A stretch of 64,000 nucleotides of DNA, taken from sequence record SRR31156797_2197; one strand, written 5' to 3'. Positions 1 to 9,016 of this stretch are shown one piece after another. How positions within the stretch are numbered: position 1 is the stretch's first letter; each line of letters begins with the position of its first letter. The notes under the pieces are model-generated. The model had not been told where the DNA came from. It was given only the letters and a program-made list of their open reading frames with translations, and did no database searches. A program made the position numbers and the translations under genes.

Positions 1-62
1 GTTAAGCTAGAAATATTTAGTTTATTTCAAAACTTAGTGTTTTGGCTGTCGCCCTTAGCTAC

Positions 63-917
63 CTACTTACCAGCTTCGAGGATTTTGAATACGTTGTTAT
101 CAGTGGAGAGGAAGAACTCTGTTCCTTCACCGATAACGTTCTCGTATAAGCTGAGAGACTTATAGAATTCGAAGAACTGAGTATCTTTACCGTACGCCTT
201 AGCATAAATGTCGATGACCTTAGCGTCAGTGTTACCCTTGATCTCCTGAACTTTCTGATAAGCGTTAGCGAGGATAATCGCCTTCTCTTTCTCAGTAGTA
301 GCCTTGATTACCTGAGCTTTCTCACGTCCCTCAGAGCGATACTGCTTAGCGATACGCTCACGCTCAGCCTTCATCCTTGCGTATACAGCTTTTTCGTTCT
401 GTACAGGGAGGTCGGCACGCTTGATACGCACGTCAGAGATTTCGATACCATACTCAAGAGCTTTTACTTTAGTAAGTTTCGTTACGTTATCCATGATCTC
501 CTGTCTGTTCTGGCTTACAACCTCAAGGAGTGTGTGCTTACCAAGTTCGTTTCTCATTTCAGAGTAGATAATGTCGTCAAGCCTGTTGAAAGCTTCGCCG
601 TAACTCTTAACTGTGAGGTAGAACTTAAGCGGCTCAGATACTCTCCAGCGGCAGAAGTTATCGATAACGAGGTTCTTCTTGTCGTTGGTGATGATCTCTG
701 ATGGAGGAGCATCATACTCAATAAGTTTTTTAGAGAAGTAAACCACTTGGTGAGCGAAAGGTATTTTAAACCTGATGCCCGGTGTAGTGTACTCTTTAAC
801 AGGTTTGCCGAGAAGGGCAAGAACAGCTGTCTGGTCAATTTGAACAGTAAATGTAGCCATCTTGTAGACTCCGAAGAGAACAAGAAGAATTATAGGAAGT
901 ATTGAAGCTATTTTCAT
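63..917 (-). CDS. hflC: FtsH protease modulator HflC (SPFH/band 7)
   Basis: N-terminal TM helix, SPFH motifs (DKKNLVIDNFCRWRV, DVRIKRADLP, RMKAERERIAKQYRSEG); 4-nt overlap with hflK. Confidence 0.95.
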   Translation of the reverse strand: MKIASILPIILLVLFGVYKMATFTVQIDQTAVLALLGKPVKEYTTPGIRFKIPFAHQVVYFSKKLIEYDAPPSEIITNDKKNLVIDNFCRWRVSEPLKFYLTVKSYGEAFNRLDDIIYSEMRNELGKHTLLEVVSQNRQEIMDNVTKLTKVKALEYGIEISDVRIKRADLPVQNEKAVYARMKAERERIAKQYRSEGREKAQVIKATTEKEKAIILANAYQKVQEIKGNTDAKVIDIYAKAYGKDTQFFEFYKSLSLYENVIGEGTEFFLSTDNNVFKILEAGK

Positions 918-1906
918 TTTGCACCCCCAGAAAGAGCCTTGTCCAGTCCCATAATAGGAGTTACCTGCTTTATGTTTGAATCGAATATCTTTTTATTAGA
1001 CCTAGAGAGGATAGTCTCCATAGTCTCAAGGTAGAGTCTCTTTTTAGTAACAGCCGGTGCAGCCCTATAGCTTTTAAGTACAGATTCGAATCTGTCAGTT
1101 TCACCGAGTGCTCTCGCTACCTTTTCCTGCTCGTAACCCTCAGCCTGCTGGAGCATTGTTTCAGCCTCAGCTCTTGCTCTAGGGATAACTTCGTTCTGAT
1201 AAGCTTCCGCTTCGTTGATGTATCTGTTTTTGTCCTCACGTGCAGATGCAACGTCTTTAAATGCGTTTACAACTTCCTGTGGAGGCTCAACGTCCTGAAG
1301 CTGAACAGCAGTGATCTGGATACCTGCACCGTAAGCTGAAAGTATTGCCTGAAGCTCTTTCTGTGTCTCAGTCTGGATTCTGTTTTTACCTACAGTGAGG
1401 ATGTCATCGATCTTTTCACGTCCGGCAACCTCACGGATAGCTGATTCAGCTACGTCCATGATAGTACCTTCAACATCGTGAACGTTATAGAGGTATCTTG
1501 TGATATCTGATATTTTATACTGAACTGATAGGTCTATACTTACGATGTTTTCATCACCTGTAAGCATGAGTGCTTCCTGCGGAATAGATTTAACTCCGCT
1601 TCTTGTTGTGCGGAAGCCGATCTCGACTCTGTGTACCTTTGTCACTTCCGCTTTATCTATAGTGTCGATAGGGTATGGCAGGTGATAGTTTGGTCCTGCG
1701 TTAACTACTTTTACGACATTACCGAATCTTTTTACTACAGCCTGCTCTGTTGGCTTAACAATAAAAAATCCGCTGGCGAGCCATGCTATAATAACTACTA
1801 TAGCGATGAGTCCACTACCTGGCGCATTTAAATTCAAATTGGGCAGCTTGTCCTTAAGGTCAAACTTTTCGTCACCCCACGGGCTACCGCCGTTTCCGTT
1901 GTCCAT
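914..1906 (-). CDS. hflK: FtsH protease modulator HflK
   Basis: MLTGDENIV and VQLQDVEPPQEV..AFKDV..AREDK motifs; start moved to ATG 1906 (MDNGNGG), which follows a GGAGGA RBS. Confidence 0.95.
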   Translation of the reverse strand: MDNGNGGSPWGDEKFDLKDKLPNLNLNAPGSGLIAIVVIIAWLASGFFIVKPTEQAVVKRFGNVVKVVNAGPNYHLPYPIDTIDKAEVTKVHRVEIGFRTTRSGVKSIPQEALMLTGDENIVSIDLSVQYKISDITRYLYNVHDVEGTIMDVAESAIREVAGREKIDDILTVGKNRIQTETQKELQAILSAYGAGIQITAVQLQDVEPPQEVVNAFKDVASAREDKNRYINEAEAYQNEVIPRARAEAETMLQQAEGYEQEKVARALGETDRFESVLKSYRAAPAVTKKRLYLETMETILSRSNKKIFDSNIKQVTPIMGLDKALSGGAK

Positions 1907-2121
1907 TAAATCCTCCGTTAAATTAGAAATAAGATTTATATACGAAAATAACAATATTTTCCGAAATTGCAAACATAATCGGTATTCAGTGTACGATATT
2001 AGATAGGCGTGAGATTTATTTCATATGAATGTCAGATTTTTGCCGAGTCCGGCTTGTTACTGTTTGATGCGGGTGATATAATTGATGATATTCATAACAT
2101 GACCGCTCTGGAGGGTGACTT

Positions 2122-4185
2122 ATGGAAACCAAAGACATACGAAACGTTGCATTTATATCGCATGGAGGTGCGGGTAAGACTAGCCTTGTGGAGACTATTC
2201 TCTTCAATGCCAAGGCTGTCAACCGCATAGGGAGCGTCGATAACGGCACAAGCGTTATGGACTTCGACCCTGTTGAGATCGAGCGTGGTATCTCTCTTAA
2301 TTCCAAAGTTTCGAGCATCGAATGGCTCAAAACTCAAATCAACATAGTAGACACACCCGGTTACGCAAACTTCCTACACGAAACAAGAGCAGGTCTTTCC
2401 GCTGTGGGCGGTGCTGTGGTTATAGCATCAGCTATCACAGGTGTTAAGGCTGAGACGAAGAGGGTTTGGGATTTCGCAGACGAATTTGATCTGGCGAAGG
2501 TTATCTTTGTAAATAAGATGGACAAAGAACGTGCAGATTTTTTCAGAGCACTCGGTGACATCGAGCAGTCTTTCGGTGTAACACCTGTTCCACTGTTTCT
2601 GCCAATAGGCAAAGAGGATGACTTCAAAGGTATTATCGACCTTGTGAAGCTTAAGGCATATATCTATCCTGCTGAAGCAACGGCGGAGTTCTCTATTGAG
2701 GATGTTCCTGCTGAATATGCGGATGAAGTTGAAAAATATAGAGGTAAGCTTTTAGAAGCTGTCAGCGAGACAGACGACGAGCTTATCGAAAAGTATCTCG
2801 AAGGTGAGGAACTCACAGAAGAAGAAATTATTAAAGGGATCAGAGAGGCTACTATCTCTCAGCAGTTTATCCCGGTAATCTGTGGTTCAGCAGCCAAAAA
2901 CATCGGCAGTAAGCTCTTACTCGAAGCTATTATTAACTACCTTCCATCACCACTTGAGCGTGAGCATAAAATGGCAATAGAAGAGTCTACAGGTGAAGAG
3001 ATTTTTATAGATCCTGCTGCACCTGAATTTTCTGCATATGTGTTTAAGACATTTATTGACCCTTTCGCTGGAAAGCTGACTCTGTTCAGAGTTTATTCCG
3101 GTGAGATTACAAACGATACAGAAGTTTATAACTCTGATAAGGATAAAAAAGAGCGTATAGCACAGCTTTATCTCCTTCAGGGTAAGAATCATATCAAAGT
3201 TGATAAGCTCGTTGCCGGGCAGATAGGTATGGTTAATAAGCTTAAGGTCACTGAGACATTCGACACTCTCTGCGACAACAAGAAGCAGGTCGCATTTCCT
3301 AAGTATAAACTTATGGATCCTGTCCTCGCTTACTCTGTTAAGCCTAAGTCTAAAGATGATGAGGACAAGGTTTCTCAGGGTATACACAGAATCATGGAAG
3401 AGGACGTTGGTCTCAGGACAGACAGAGATGAGCGCAACGGCGATATCCTTATAAAAGGTCTCGGGCAGATGCATATCGAAGTTGTTGTTGAAAAACTCAG
3501 CAAGAAATTCGGCGTAGAGGTCGAGCTTCAGGCGCCAAAAGTCCCTTATATGGAGACTATCCGCAAGAGAGCTTCCGGTCAGGGTAAATATAAGAAGCAG
3601 TCCGGTGGACGTGGGCAGTATGGTGACGTACAGATAGAGATGGTTCCTGTTCAGAGCGGAGAGGGATTCTCTTTTGAGAATAAGATTGTCGGTGGTGCTG
3701 TCCCTAGAAACTATATACCTGCTGTTGAAAAGGGTGTATACGAGGCATCGAAAGAGGGTGTTCTCGCTGGATTCCCGCTTATCGACTTTAAGGTTGTACT
3801 GTTTGACGGTTCATATCATTCCGTTGATTCATCCGAGATGGCTTTTCAGATTGCAGGGTCTATGGCATTTAAAAAAGTTGCTATGGATGCAAAACCTGTA
3901 CTTCTCGAGCCAGTTATGAATTTAGATGTTTTCGTTCCGGACGATATGACAGGTAATGTTATCGGAGACCTTAATGCAAGGCGCGGACGCATCCAGAATG
4001 TTGAGCCGGAATCTAACGGTCAACACATCAGAGCGCAAGTTCCTATGGCTGAGGTCTTGAAATATGCTCCGGATTTGCGTAGTATGACCGGCGGGCATGG
4101 AATGTTTTCCATGGACTTTGCTCATTACGAAGAAGTGCCATCGCACCTCTCAGAGAAGGTTATAGCCGAAAATAAAGGGGAATAG
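2122..4185 (+). CDS. fusA: Elongation factor G-like GTPase (EF-G paralogue)
   Basis: HGGAGKT, DTPG, NKMD, KKQSGGRGQYG, DGSYHSVDSSEMAF; 687 aa; not in the str operon. Confidence 0.9.
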   Translation: METKDIRNVAFISHGGAGKTSLVETILFNAKAVNRIGSVDNGTSVMDFDPVEIERGISLNSKVSSIEWLKTQINIVDTPGYANFLHETRAGLSAVGGAVVIASAITGVKAETKRVWDFADEFDLAKVIFVNKMDKERADFFRALGDIEQSFGVTPVPLFLPIGKEDDFKGIIDLVKLKAYIYPAEATAEFSIEDVPAEYADEVEKYRGKLLEAVSETDDELIEKYLEGEELTEEEIIKGIREATISQQFIPVICGSAAKNIGSKLLLEAIINYLPSPLEREHKMAIEESTGEEIFIDPAAPEFSAYVFKTFIDPFAGKLTLFRVYSGEITNDTEVYNSDKDKKERIAQLYLLQGKNHIKVDKLVAGQIGMVNKLKVTETFDTLCDNKKQVAFPKYKLMDPVLAYSVKPKSKDDEDKVSQGIHRIMEEDVGLRTDRDERNGDILIKGLGQMHIEVVVEKLSKKFGVEVELQAPKVPYMETIRKRASGQGKYKKQSGGRGQYGDVQIEMVPVQSGEGFSFENKIVGGAVPRNYIPAVEKGVYEASKEGVLAGFPLIDFKVVLFDGSYHSVDSSEMAFQIAGSMAFKKVAMDAKPVLLEPVMNLDVFVPDDMTGNVIGDLNARRGRIQNVEPESNGQHIRAQVPMAEVLKYAPDLRSMTGGHGMFSMDFAHYEEVPSHLSEKVIAENKGE

Positions 4186-4193
4186 ACCATTAG

Positions 4194-5087
4194 ATGAATG
4201 ACATAAATCTGCTTAAGTATCACGGCAGGACAGCGAGCGAAGTGAATATGCTTCTCGCTGGTGAGACGGCTGACAAGCTGTTTTCCAGGCTGGTACTTAA
4301 TGAGTTTGAAGAGAGGACCGGTCCATCACGGCTGGTCCTTTCACTAACACTGCTAGCTTCATTTGCATGCGCAATTTTTGCTTCTTATGTCATTTATAAT
4401 ACTGCCCTTACAGGTGGGATTGATTTCCCAAGGCTTGATAAAAACGCTATTATTAAGCGTGTTGAAGAGTATCAGCTTGAAATTAGAACGGGCGGTGATC
4501 CATACCTTAAAAAAGGTTATGAAAAGATTGCTGTCATTGAGCAATCTATTGATGACGACGGTCAGCCGGTTTTGGTTGAGTCAGAATATAAGGCTCCTAT
4601 AGATATAGAGAAACAGCCCGAGCTTTTTATAAAGCCTATTGAGCTTACTGAAGAGCCGAAAGCGAGAAAGAGAGATAAGAAGGCTCTTATCACACCTGTT
4701 TTTACAGGAAATAACGCTATCAGGTTTAACAAGGTTACTGTGGCTGAAAGGGCGAAAATTAAGATTTTGGCTGAGAATAATGACTTTAAAATGAATCTTA
4801 TAGGATCGACTAAGAGAAATATTCGTAAATATTTGGTCTATAAGGTCGATAAAAGAGGAAGTAAAGTTATAGCGGGAAAAAAAGTCCGTTATCTTAAAAC
4901 TTTTAAGAATAGAAATGCAGCAGTAAAATACATGAAGAGCACAAAGGTCGCCGGAGTGGTAGCTACAGACACAACTTACTATGACCTTTACGATATTGAA
5001 GTTTGCTGTCTCGGAGACGAAGCAGCGGAAAAACTTGCCCGCGGGAGCGGTATTAGTATGAAGAAAATTAAAATTCTTAAGAAATAG
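4194..5087 (+). CDS. Hypothetical membrane-anchored protein
   Basis: 297-aa ORF 8 nt after EF-G gene; one hydrophobic helix (LVLSLTLLASFACAIFASYVIY); basic C-terminal region. Confidence 0.7.
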   Translation: MNDINLLKYHGRTASEVNMLLAGETADKLFSRLVLNEFEERTGPSRLVLSLTLLASFACAIFASYVIYNTALTGGIDFPRLDKNAIIKRVEEYQLEIRTGGDPYLKKGYEKIAVIEQSIDDDGQPVLVESEYKAPIDIEKQPELFIKPIELTEEPKARKRDKKALITPVFTGNNAIRFNKVTVAERAKIKILAENNDFKMNLIGSTKRNIRKYLVYKVDKRGSKVIAGKKVRYLKTFKNRNAAVKYMKSTKVAGVVATDTTYYDLYDIEVCCLGDEAAEKLARGSGISMKKIKILKK

Positions 5088-5099
5088 CAACAAAAAGCG

Positions 5100-5128
5100 T
5101 TGACGGGTGTTTCTTAAACGGATAAAAT
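5100..5128 (+). promoter_or_regulatory. Sigma70-type promoter for ihfA-merR
   Basis: TTGACG-17 nt-TAAAAT upstream of GGAGG RBS. Confidence 0.65.
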
Positions 5129-5150
5129 CTTAATAACTTGGAGGTTCGCT

Positions 5151-5426
5151 ATGACGAAAGCAGATATAGTTGAATTGATTCATGAAAAACTCGGTCTCAC
5201 TAAAAAAGACATCGCGAAGGTCGTTGATGAGCTTTTCGTAGAAGTGAGAGACCAGATTCTTGCTAAAAACAACGTTAAGATTTCCGGTTTTGGTAATTTT
5301 GAAGTTAAAAAGCGTGGACGTAGAATAGGGCGTAACCCTAAAACTGGCGTTGAGACAGTTATAGAGCCTAGAACAGTTGTAGTTTTCAGACCTAGTCAGA
5401 TATTTAAAGACGAGGTAAATGACTAA
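5151..5426 (+). CDS. ihfA: Integration host factor alpha / HU-family DNA-binding protein
   Basis: MTKADIVE, VKISGFGNFEV, GRNPKTG, VVVFRPS; followed by merR as is typical of ihfA. Confidence 0.85.
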   Translation: MTKADIVELIHEKLGLTKKDIAKVVDELFVEVRDQILAKNNVKISGFGNFEVKKRGRRIGRNPKTGVETVIEPRTVVVFRPSQIFKDEVND

Positions 5427-5724
5427 GCTTTATTATAAAATAGGCGAAGTCTGTAAAATTACCGGTCTTAAACCGACTGTTTTACGTTTTTGGGAAAAAG
5501 AGTTTAGGCAGCTTCGACCTACCAAATCATCAGGTGGTCAGCGTCTTTACACTATTAAGAATGTAGAGCTTGCTAAGCGTCTTAAGGTTATGCTTTATGA
5601 CGAAAAGTTTACCATTGAAGGTGTAAAGAAAAAACTGGCTGACCTTGAAGGTTACGAAATTGGTCTTACAAAAGATCAGATTAAAAACGAACTTAACGAA
5701 ATATTAGATATATTAAAAGGGTGA
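5419..5724 (+). CDS. MerR-family transcriptional regulator
   Basis: YYKIGEV..LRFWEKEF..L.PTKS.GGQRLY HTH; overlaps ihfA. Confidence 0.9.
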   Translation: MTKLYYKIGEVCKITGLKPTVLRFWEKEFRQLRPTKSSGGQRLYTIKNVELAKRLKVMLYDEKFTIEGVKKKLADLEGYEIGLTKDQIKNELNEILDILKG

Positions 5725-5743
5725 CATTAGTTGCCCTTTTTTT
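5715..5743 (+). terminator. Intrinsic terminator after merR
   Basis: AAAAGGGTGAC-ATTA-GTTGCCCTTTT plus T run. Confidence 0.75.
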
Positions 5744-5778
5744 GTTTAAGAGTATGCCTGCCTATGTTATAGGTTTAT

Positions 5779-6534
5779 ATGATTTATCAGCAATATCCTC
5801 CTCATGAAAGCCTTTCAGGTACTATCAGGTGCTACTGGACTTTAAACGGTGATGCCGGTAATGGGTTTAAATTCACTGTGATTCCCGACTACTGCATAGA
5901 TATTATTTTCCAAAGCATGGGGAAAGGTATCATATATATCGTTGGCGCAAATCCTAAACCGCAGGATGTTCTCTTTAATGGTGAATTTGATTTATTCGGT
6001 ATACGTTTTTTACCTGGTGCTTTTTATAGATTATTTGGAATACCAGCTTCAGAGCTAACGGGTATTCAAGCTAATATTGATGATCTTGGTCGTAAATTTT
6101 CAGATTTTGAACCTATTCAATATATGAGCAGGGCAGAAGACCGGATAAGTTTCTTTAATTCATTATTATCAAGGCTTACATCTGACCCTTGTGACGATAT
6201 ATCGTCTGAGCTTGTAAGTAACGCCGCTGATTTTAACCTGAATCATTCTTTCCTTAATCACTACTCTAAAAAGACATTTAACCGAAGGCTTGTGGAGCGT
6301 GTCGGTTTAAATCATCGCACATTTTCAAATATACTTCGTATTCATCGATCAATAAAGCTCGGGCTTAATAGTAACTTTTCTCAGGCTGATATAGCTTATA
6401 TGGCAGGATTTTACGATCAAGCCCACTATATAAAATCATTCAAAGAGCACACAGGTACAACCCCTGCGAGTTTTATAAAAGAGATTAAACAGTCACCTGT
6501 CCGTTTTTTACAATACCCACTCGGCATTTATTGA
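5779..6534 (+). CDS. AraC-family transcriptional regulator
   Basis: N-terminal YW..VIPD.CIDIIF..GIRF.PG domain; C-terminal IAYMAGFYDQAHYIKSFKEHTGTTP HTH. Confidence 0.9.
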   Translation: MIYQQYPPHESLSGTIRCYWTLNGDAGNGFKFTVIPDYCIDIIFQSMGKGIIYIVGANPKPQDVLFNGEFDLFGIRFLPGAFYRLFGIPASELTGIQANIDDLGRKFSDFEPIQYMSRAEDRISFFNSLLSRLTSDPCDDISSELVSNAADFNLNHSFLNHYSKKTFNRRLVERVGLNHRTFSNILRIHRSIKLGLNSNFSQADIAYMAGFYDQAHYIKSFKEHTGTTPASFIKEIKQSPVRFLQYPLGIY

Positions 6535-6557
6535 TATGTTTATTCAGGAGGCTCACT

Positions 6558-7022
6558 ATGAAATACAGCTCAACTGCACTTTTTACAGATAATATTCCAG
6601 AAATGAAGAAATTTTATACTGATATAATGAGGCTTGAAGTTATGATGGATAACGGTGACCATGTTGCTTTTGTTTCAGGTCTTAGCATATGGGACAGAAG
6701 CTCTGCATTGTCAGTAATTTTCGCCAAAAAGCATGATAGACCATCCGGGCATATGATGGAGCTTTGCTTTGATACTGATGATGTTGCGGGTGAGTATGAA
6801 AGACTGCAATCAAGCTCTGTTGAGGTAGTTAACCCTTTGCAGGAGCAGCCTTGGAGCCAGCTAACCTTCAGAGTGTATGACCCTGACGGAAACATACTGG
6901 AGATAGCAGAGAATATCATAGATACTTTCAAACGTTTGCAAAACGACGGCTTAAACCTTGAGCAGATCAGTGAACGGACATTTACATCCGTCGAAGATCT
7001 GAAAAAACTATTAAGCTGTTAG
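6558..7022 (+). CDS. VOC/glyoxalase-family protein
   Basis: FYTDIMRL, ELCFDTDD, EQPWSQLTFRVYDPDGNILEI; ATG 6558 follows AGGAGG. Confidence 0.88.
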   Translation: MKYSSTALFTDNIPEMKKFYTDIMRLEVMMDNGDHVAFVSGLSIWDRSSALSVIFAKKHDRPSGHMMELCFDTDDVAGEYERLQSSSVEVVNPLQEQPWSQLTFRVYDPDGNILEIAENIIDTFKRLQNDGLNLEQISERTFTSVEDLKKLLSC

Positions 7023-7043
7023 CAAGTGGACTTTTGCGGACTA

Positions 7044-7805
7044 TTACCAGAACATAAAGGAGATTTCTTCGGGAGTCTCCTCTATTTCAGGTGCTGGCTG
7101 TTTTTCCGTTTCAACATCAAGCAGGTTAAAAACATCTTTGATCTCATCGGTAAATTCGACCTCTCGAACCTCATTCCCTTTGACGTTAAACGCCATGCCA
7201 GGTGTCATTTCGAAGCTTTCAACAAACTCAATATACTCCTCTTCCAGCTCTTTTATATAATCTTCGTATTCGCCAGCCATTTTACGAACGTAAGCTTCAT
7301 ACTCATCCATGATAACTTCTTTGTATTTTTTAAAAGTTCCCTCTTTAGCCTTGCACTCTATTAGTCCCTCTTTAAGGAAGATATTATATTCATCTGCGTC
7401 CCAATCTCCATCCACGAGAAACTCAGTACCTTTGACTCCTATTACAGCGGTTTTAAGAGCGATATCTACACCCCTTGTTCCACCTCTTGTCTGTATAGAA
7501 AAGACAACTTTGCCCGATTCAGGTTTATATTTATCCAGCCCTTCTATTAATAGTTTAGAGTTTTTCCCAAGGGCGATCTTGTCATCATTAAGGAAGCTAA
7601 TGACGGCAGTCGATCTTGATTTTGTTGCGATCTTATTATTAACAAAAATTTCTGTGTCGGGAGCGGTAACTTTCACACCTCTTGGTGAGTCACCGTCAAA
7701 AATCTGAACCCTGCCATTAAAACTGGCAATTGTTCCTGCTTTTTCAGAAGCAAAGCCCGTAAGGCTTGTAAGCGCAATAATTAGTAGAATAAATATTTTT
7801 TTCAT
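7044..7805 (-). CDS. Exported FecR-domain protein
   Basis: Signal peptide; FecR-like motifs (I.T.SRS.A.ISF.DD.KI.LG.NS.L, TAVIGVKGTEF); acidic helical C-terminus. Confidence 0.75.
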   Translation of the reverse strand: MKKIFILLIIALTSLTGFASEKAGTIASFNGRVQIFDGDSPRGVKVTAPDTEIFVNNKIATKSRSTAVISFLNDDKIALGKNSKLLIEGLDKYKPESGKVVFSIQTRGGTRGVDIALKTAVIGVKGTEFLVDGDWDADEYNIFLKEGLIECKAKEGTFKKYKEVIMDEYEAYVRKMAGEYEDYIKELEEEYIEFVESFEMTPGMAFNVKGNEVREVEFTDEIKDVFNLLDVETEKQPAPEIEETPEEISFMFW

Positions 7806-7967
7806 ATGAACTCTCCATAGGTTTATTATGTCATATATGAAGGAAATGTGCAGGTAAAAATCACTTTATTTTTGAATACTATAAGGTATCTTATAAGATA
7901 TATTATGGAAACACACGTTACTGTGTGGTAAGTTTGTATATTAATAAAAAGGGTACGGAGGTACAAA

Positions 7968-8528
7968 ATGAAAAAGATAGTTCTGTTTCTTGCTGCGGTT
8001 TCAATCCTCGTTACAGGTTGCATAGGTGCTAAGCCTGAGAAGAAACTTGCAGACCCATGTTTCGAAGGTGCTCCGCAGTGGGTTATCATGCCTAAGGTTG
8101 AGGGTGCTATCGCTGCTGCTGGTTCAGCTCAGAAATCTGCTGGCGGTATGCAGTTCACAAGAGATGCAGCTATGGCTAATGCTAGAAGCGAAATCTCCCG
8201 TGTTCTCGAAGTTAAAGTTAAAACAATGATGAAAGATTTTACTCAGGTAACTGGTGTGGGCGATGCTCAGACTGTTGACAAGGTTACATCTTCTGTTTCT
8301 AAGCAGGTTTCGAGCCAGGTTCTTCAGGGAACTATGCAGAAAGATGCTTGGATATCTCCATGCGGCGAATTCTATGTTCTCGTAGTTCTTGACTCTGCTA
8401 AGGTTGCAGATGCTACTAAAAAGAATGTTGTATCCAGCATGAAGAAAGATGAAGCCCTCTGGCAGCAATTCCAGGCGAAGAAAGCTCAAGACGAGCTTGA
8501 TGCGGCTGTAGATAAAGAATTCCAGTAA
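7968..8528 (+). CDS. LPP20-family lipoprotein
   Basis: Lipobox VTGC; AP.WV, A.GSA, A.ANAR.EI.R, YVLV pattern; GGAGG RBS. Confidence 0.8.
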   Translation: MKKIVLFLAAVSILVTGCIGAKPEKKLADPCFEGAPQWVIMPKVEGAIAAAGSAQKSAGGMQFTRDAAMANARSEISRVLEVKVKTMMKDFTQVTGVGDAQTVDKVTSSVSKQVSSQVLQGTMQKDAWISPCGEFYVLVVLDSAKVADATKKNVVSSMKKDEALWQQFQAKKAQDELDAAVDKEFQ

Positions 8529-8548
8529 GAGAAATTTCATAAAGAGAG

Positions 8549-8578
8549 AAGGGCAGTCATAGCGGCTGCCCTTTTTTT
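8549..8578 (+). terminator. Intrinsic terminator or attenuating hairpin after first lipoprotein gene
   Basis: GGGCAGTC-ATAGC-GGCTGCCC followed by T7. Confidence 0.75.
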
Positions 8579-8596
8579 ATATTTTATAGGTGACTG

Positions 8597-9016
8597 ATGC
8601 GTAAATTATTTTCTGTTTTTCTTACATTTGTATTATGTGTGACTTTAGCTGGATGTGCCGGCTCTATGTTTGGTGACGGACCGAAACTTATCGATGGTAA
8701 ACCTGAGTGGTATTACTCCCCTTCAAAAGATGGAAAGATTGGCGGTGTAGGTGTTTCCGGTATTCACAAAGACGGCAAAACAGGTCAGAAACAGCTCGCT
8801 GTTGAGCGTGCACTGGCTGAGATTGCCCGTCAGATGGGGGTAAAGGTGGACAGCTACTCTAATCTGAAATCTCAGTCGAGTGGAGGAAGCACATCTGTTT
8901 CCGGTCAGGCTCATTCATTCTTTACCGTTAGCGGTAAGACTGTAAACGCACGCATAGTGGAAATGTGGGAAAATAAATACTCGCAAGAACTTTATGTATG
9001 GATGGTTGCTGAATGA
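8597..9016 (+). CDS. LPP20-like lipoprotein
   Basis: Lipobox LAGC; KPEWY..P, GGVG, A.ERALAEIARQMGVKV, ELYVWM. Confidence 0.75.
   Translation: MRKLFSVFLTFVLCVTLAGCAGSMFGDGPKLIDGKPEWYYSPSKDGKIGGVGVSGIHKDGKTGQKQLAVERALAEIARQMGVKVDSYSNLKSQSSGGSTSVSGQAHSFFTVSGKTVNARIVEMWENKYSQELYVWMVAE

Noticed and set aside
1907-1972. Longer hflK N-terminus from the ORF track
   Set aside because: AT-rich promoter-like sequence; the GGAGGA SD points to ATG 1906.
7826-8089. 87-aa minus-strand ORF across the fecR/LPP20 spacer
   Set aside because: Antisense to a real lipoprotein gene, no SD, no motif.
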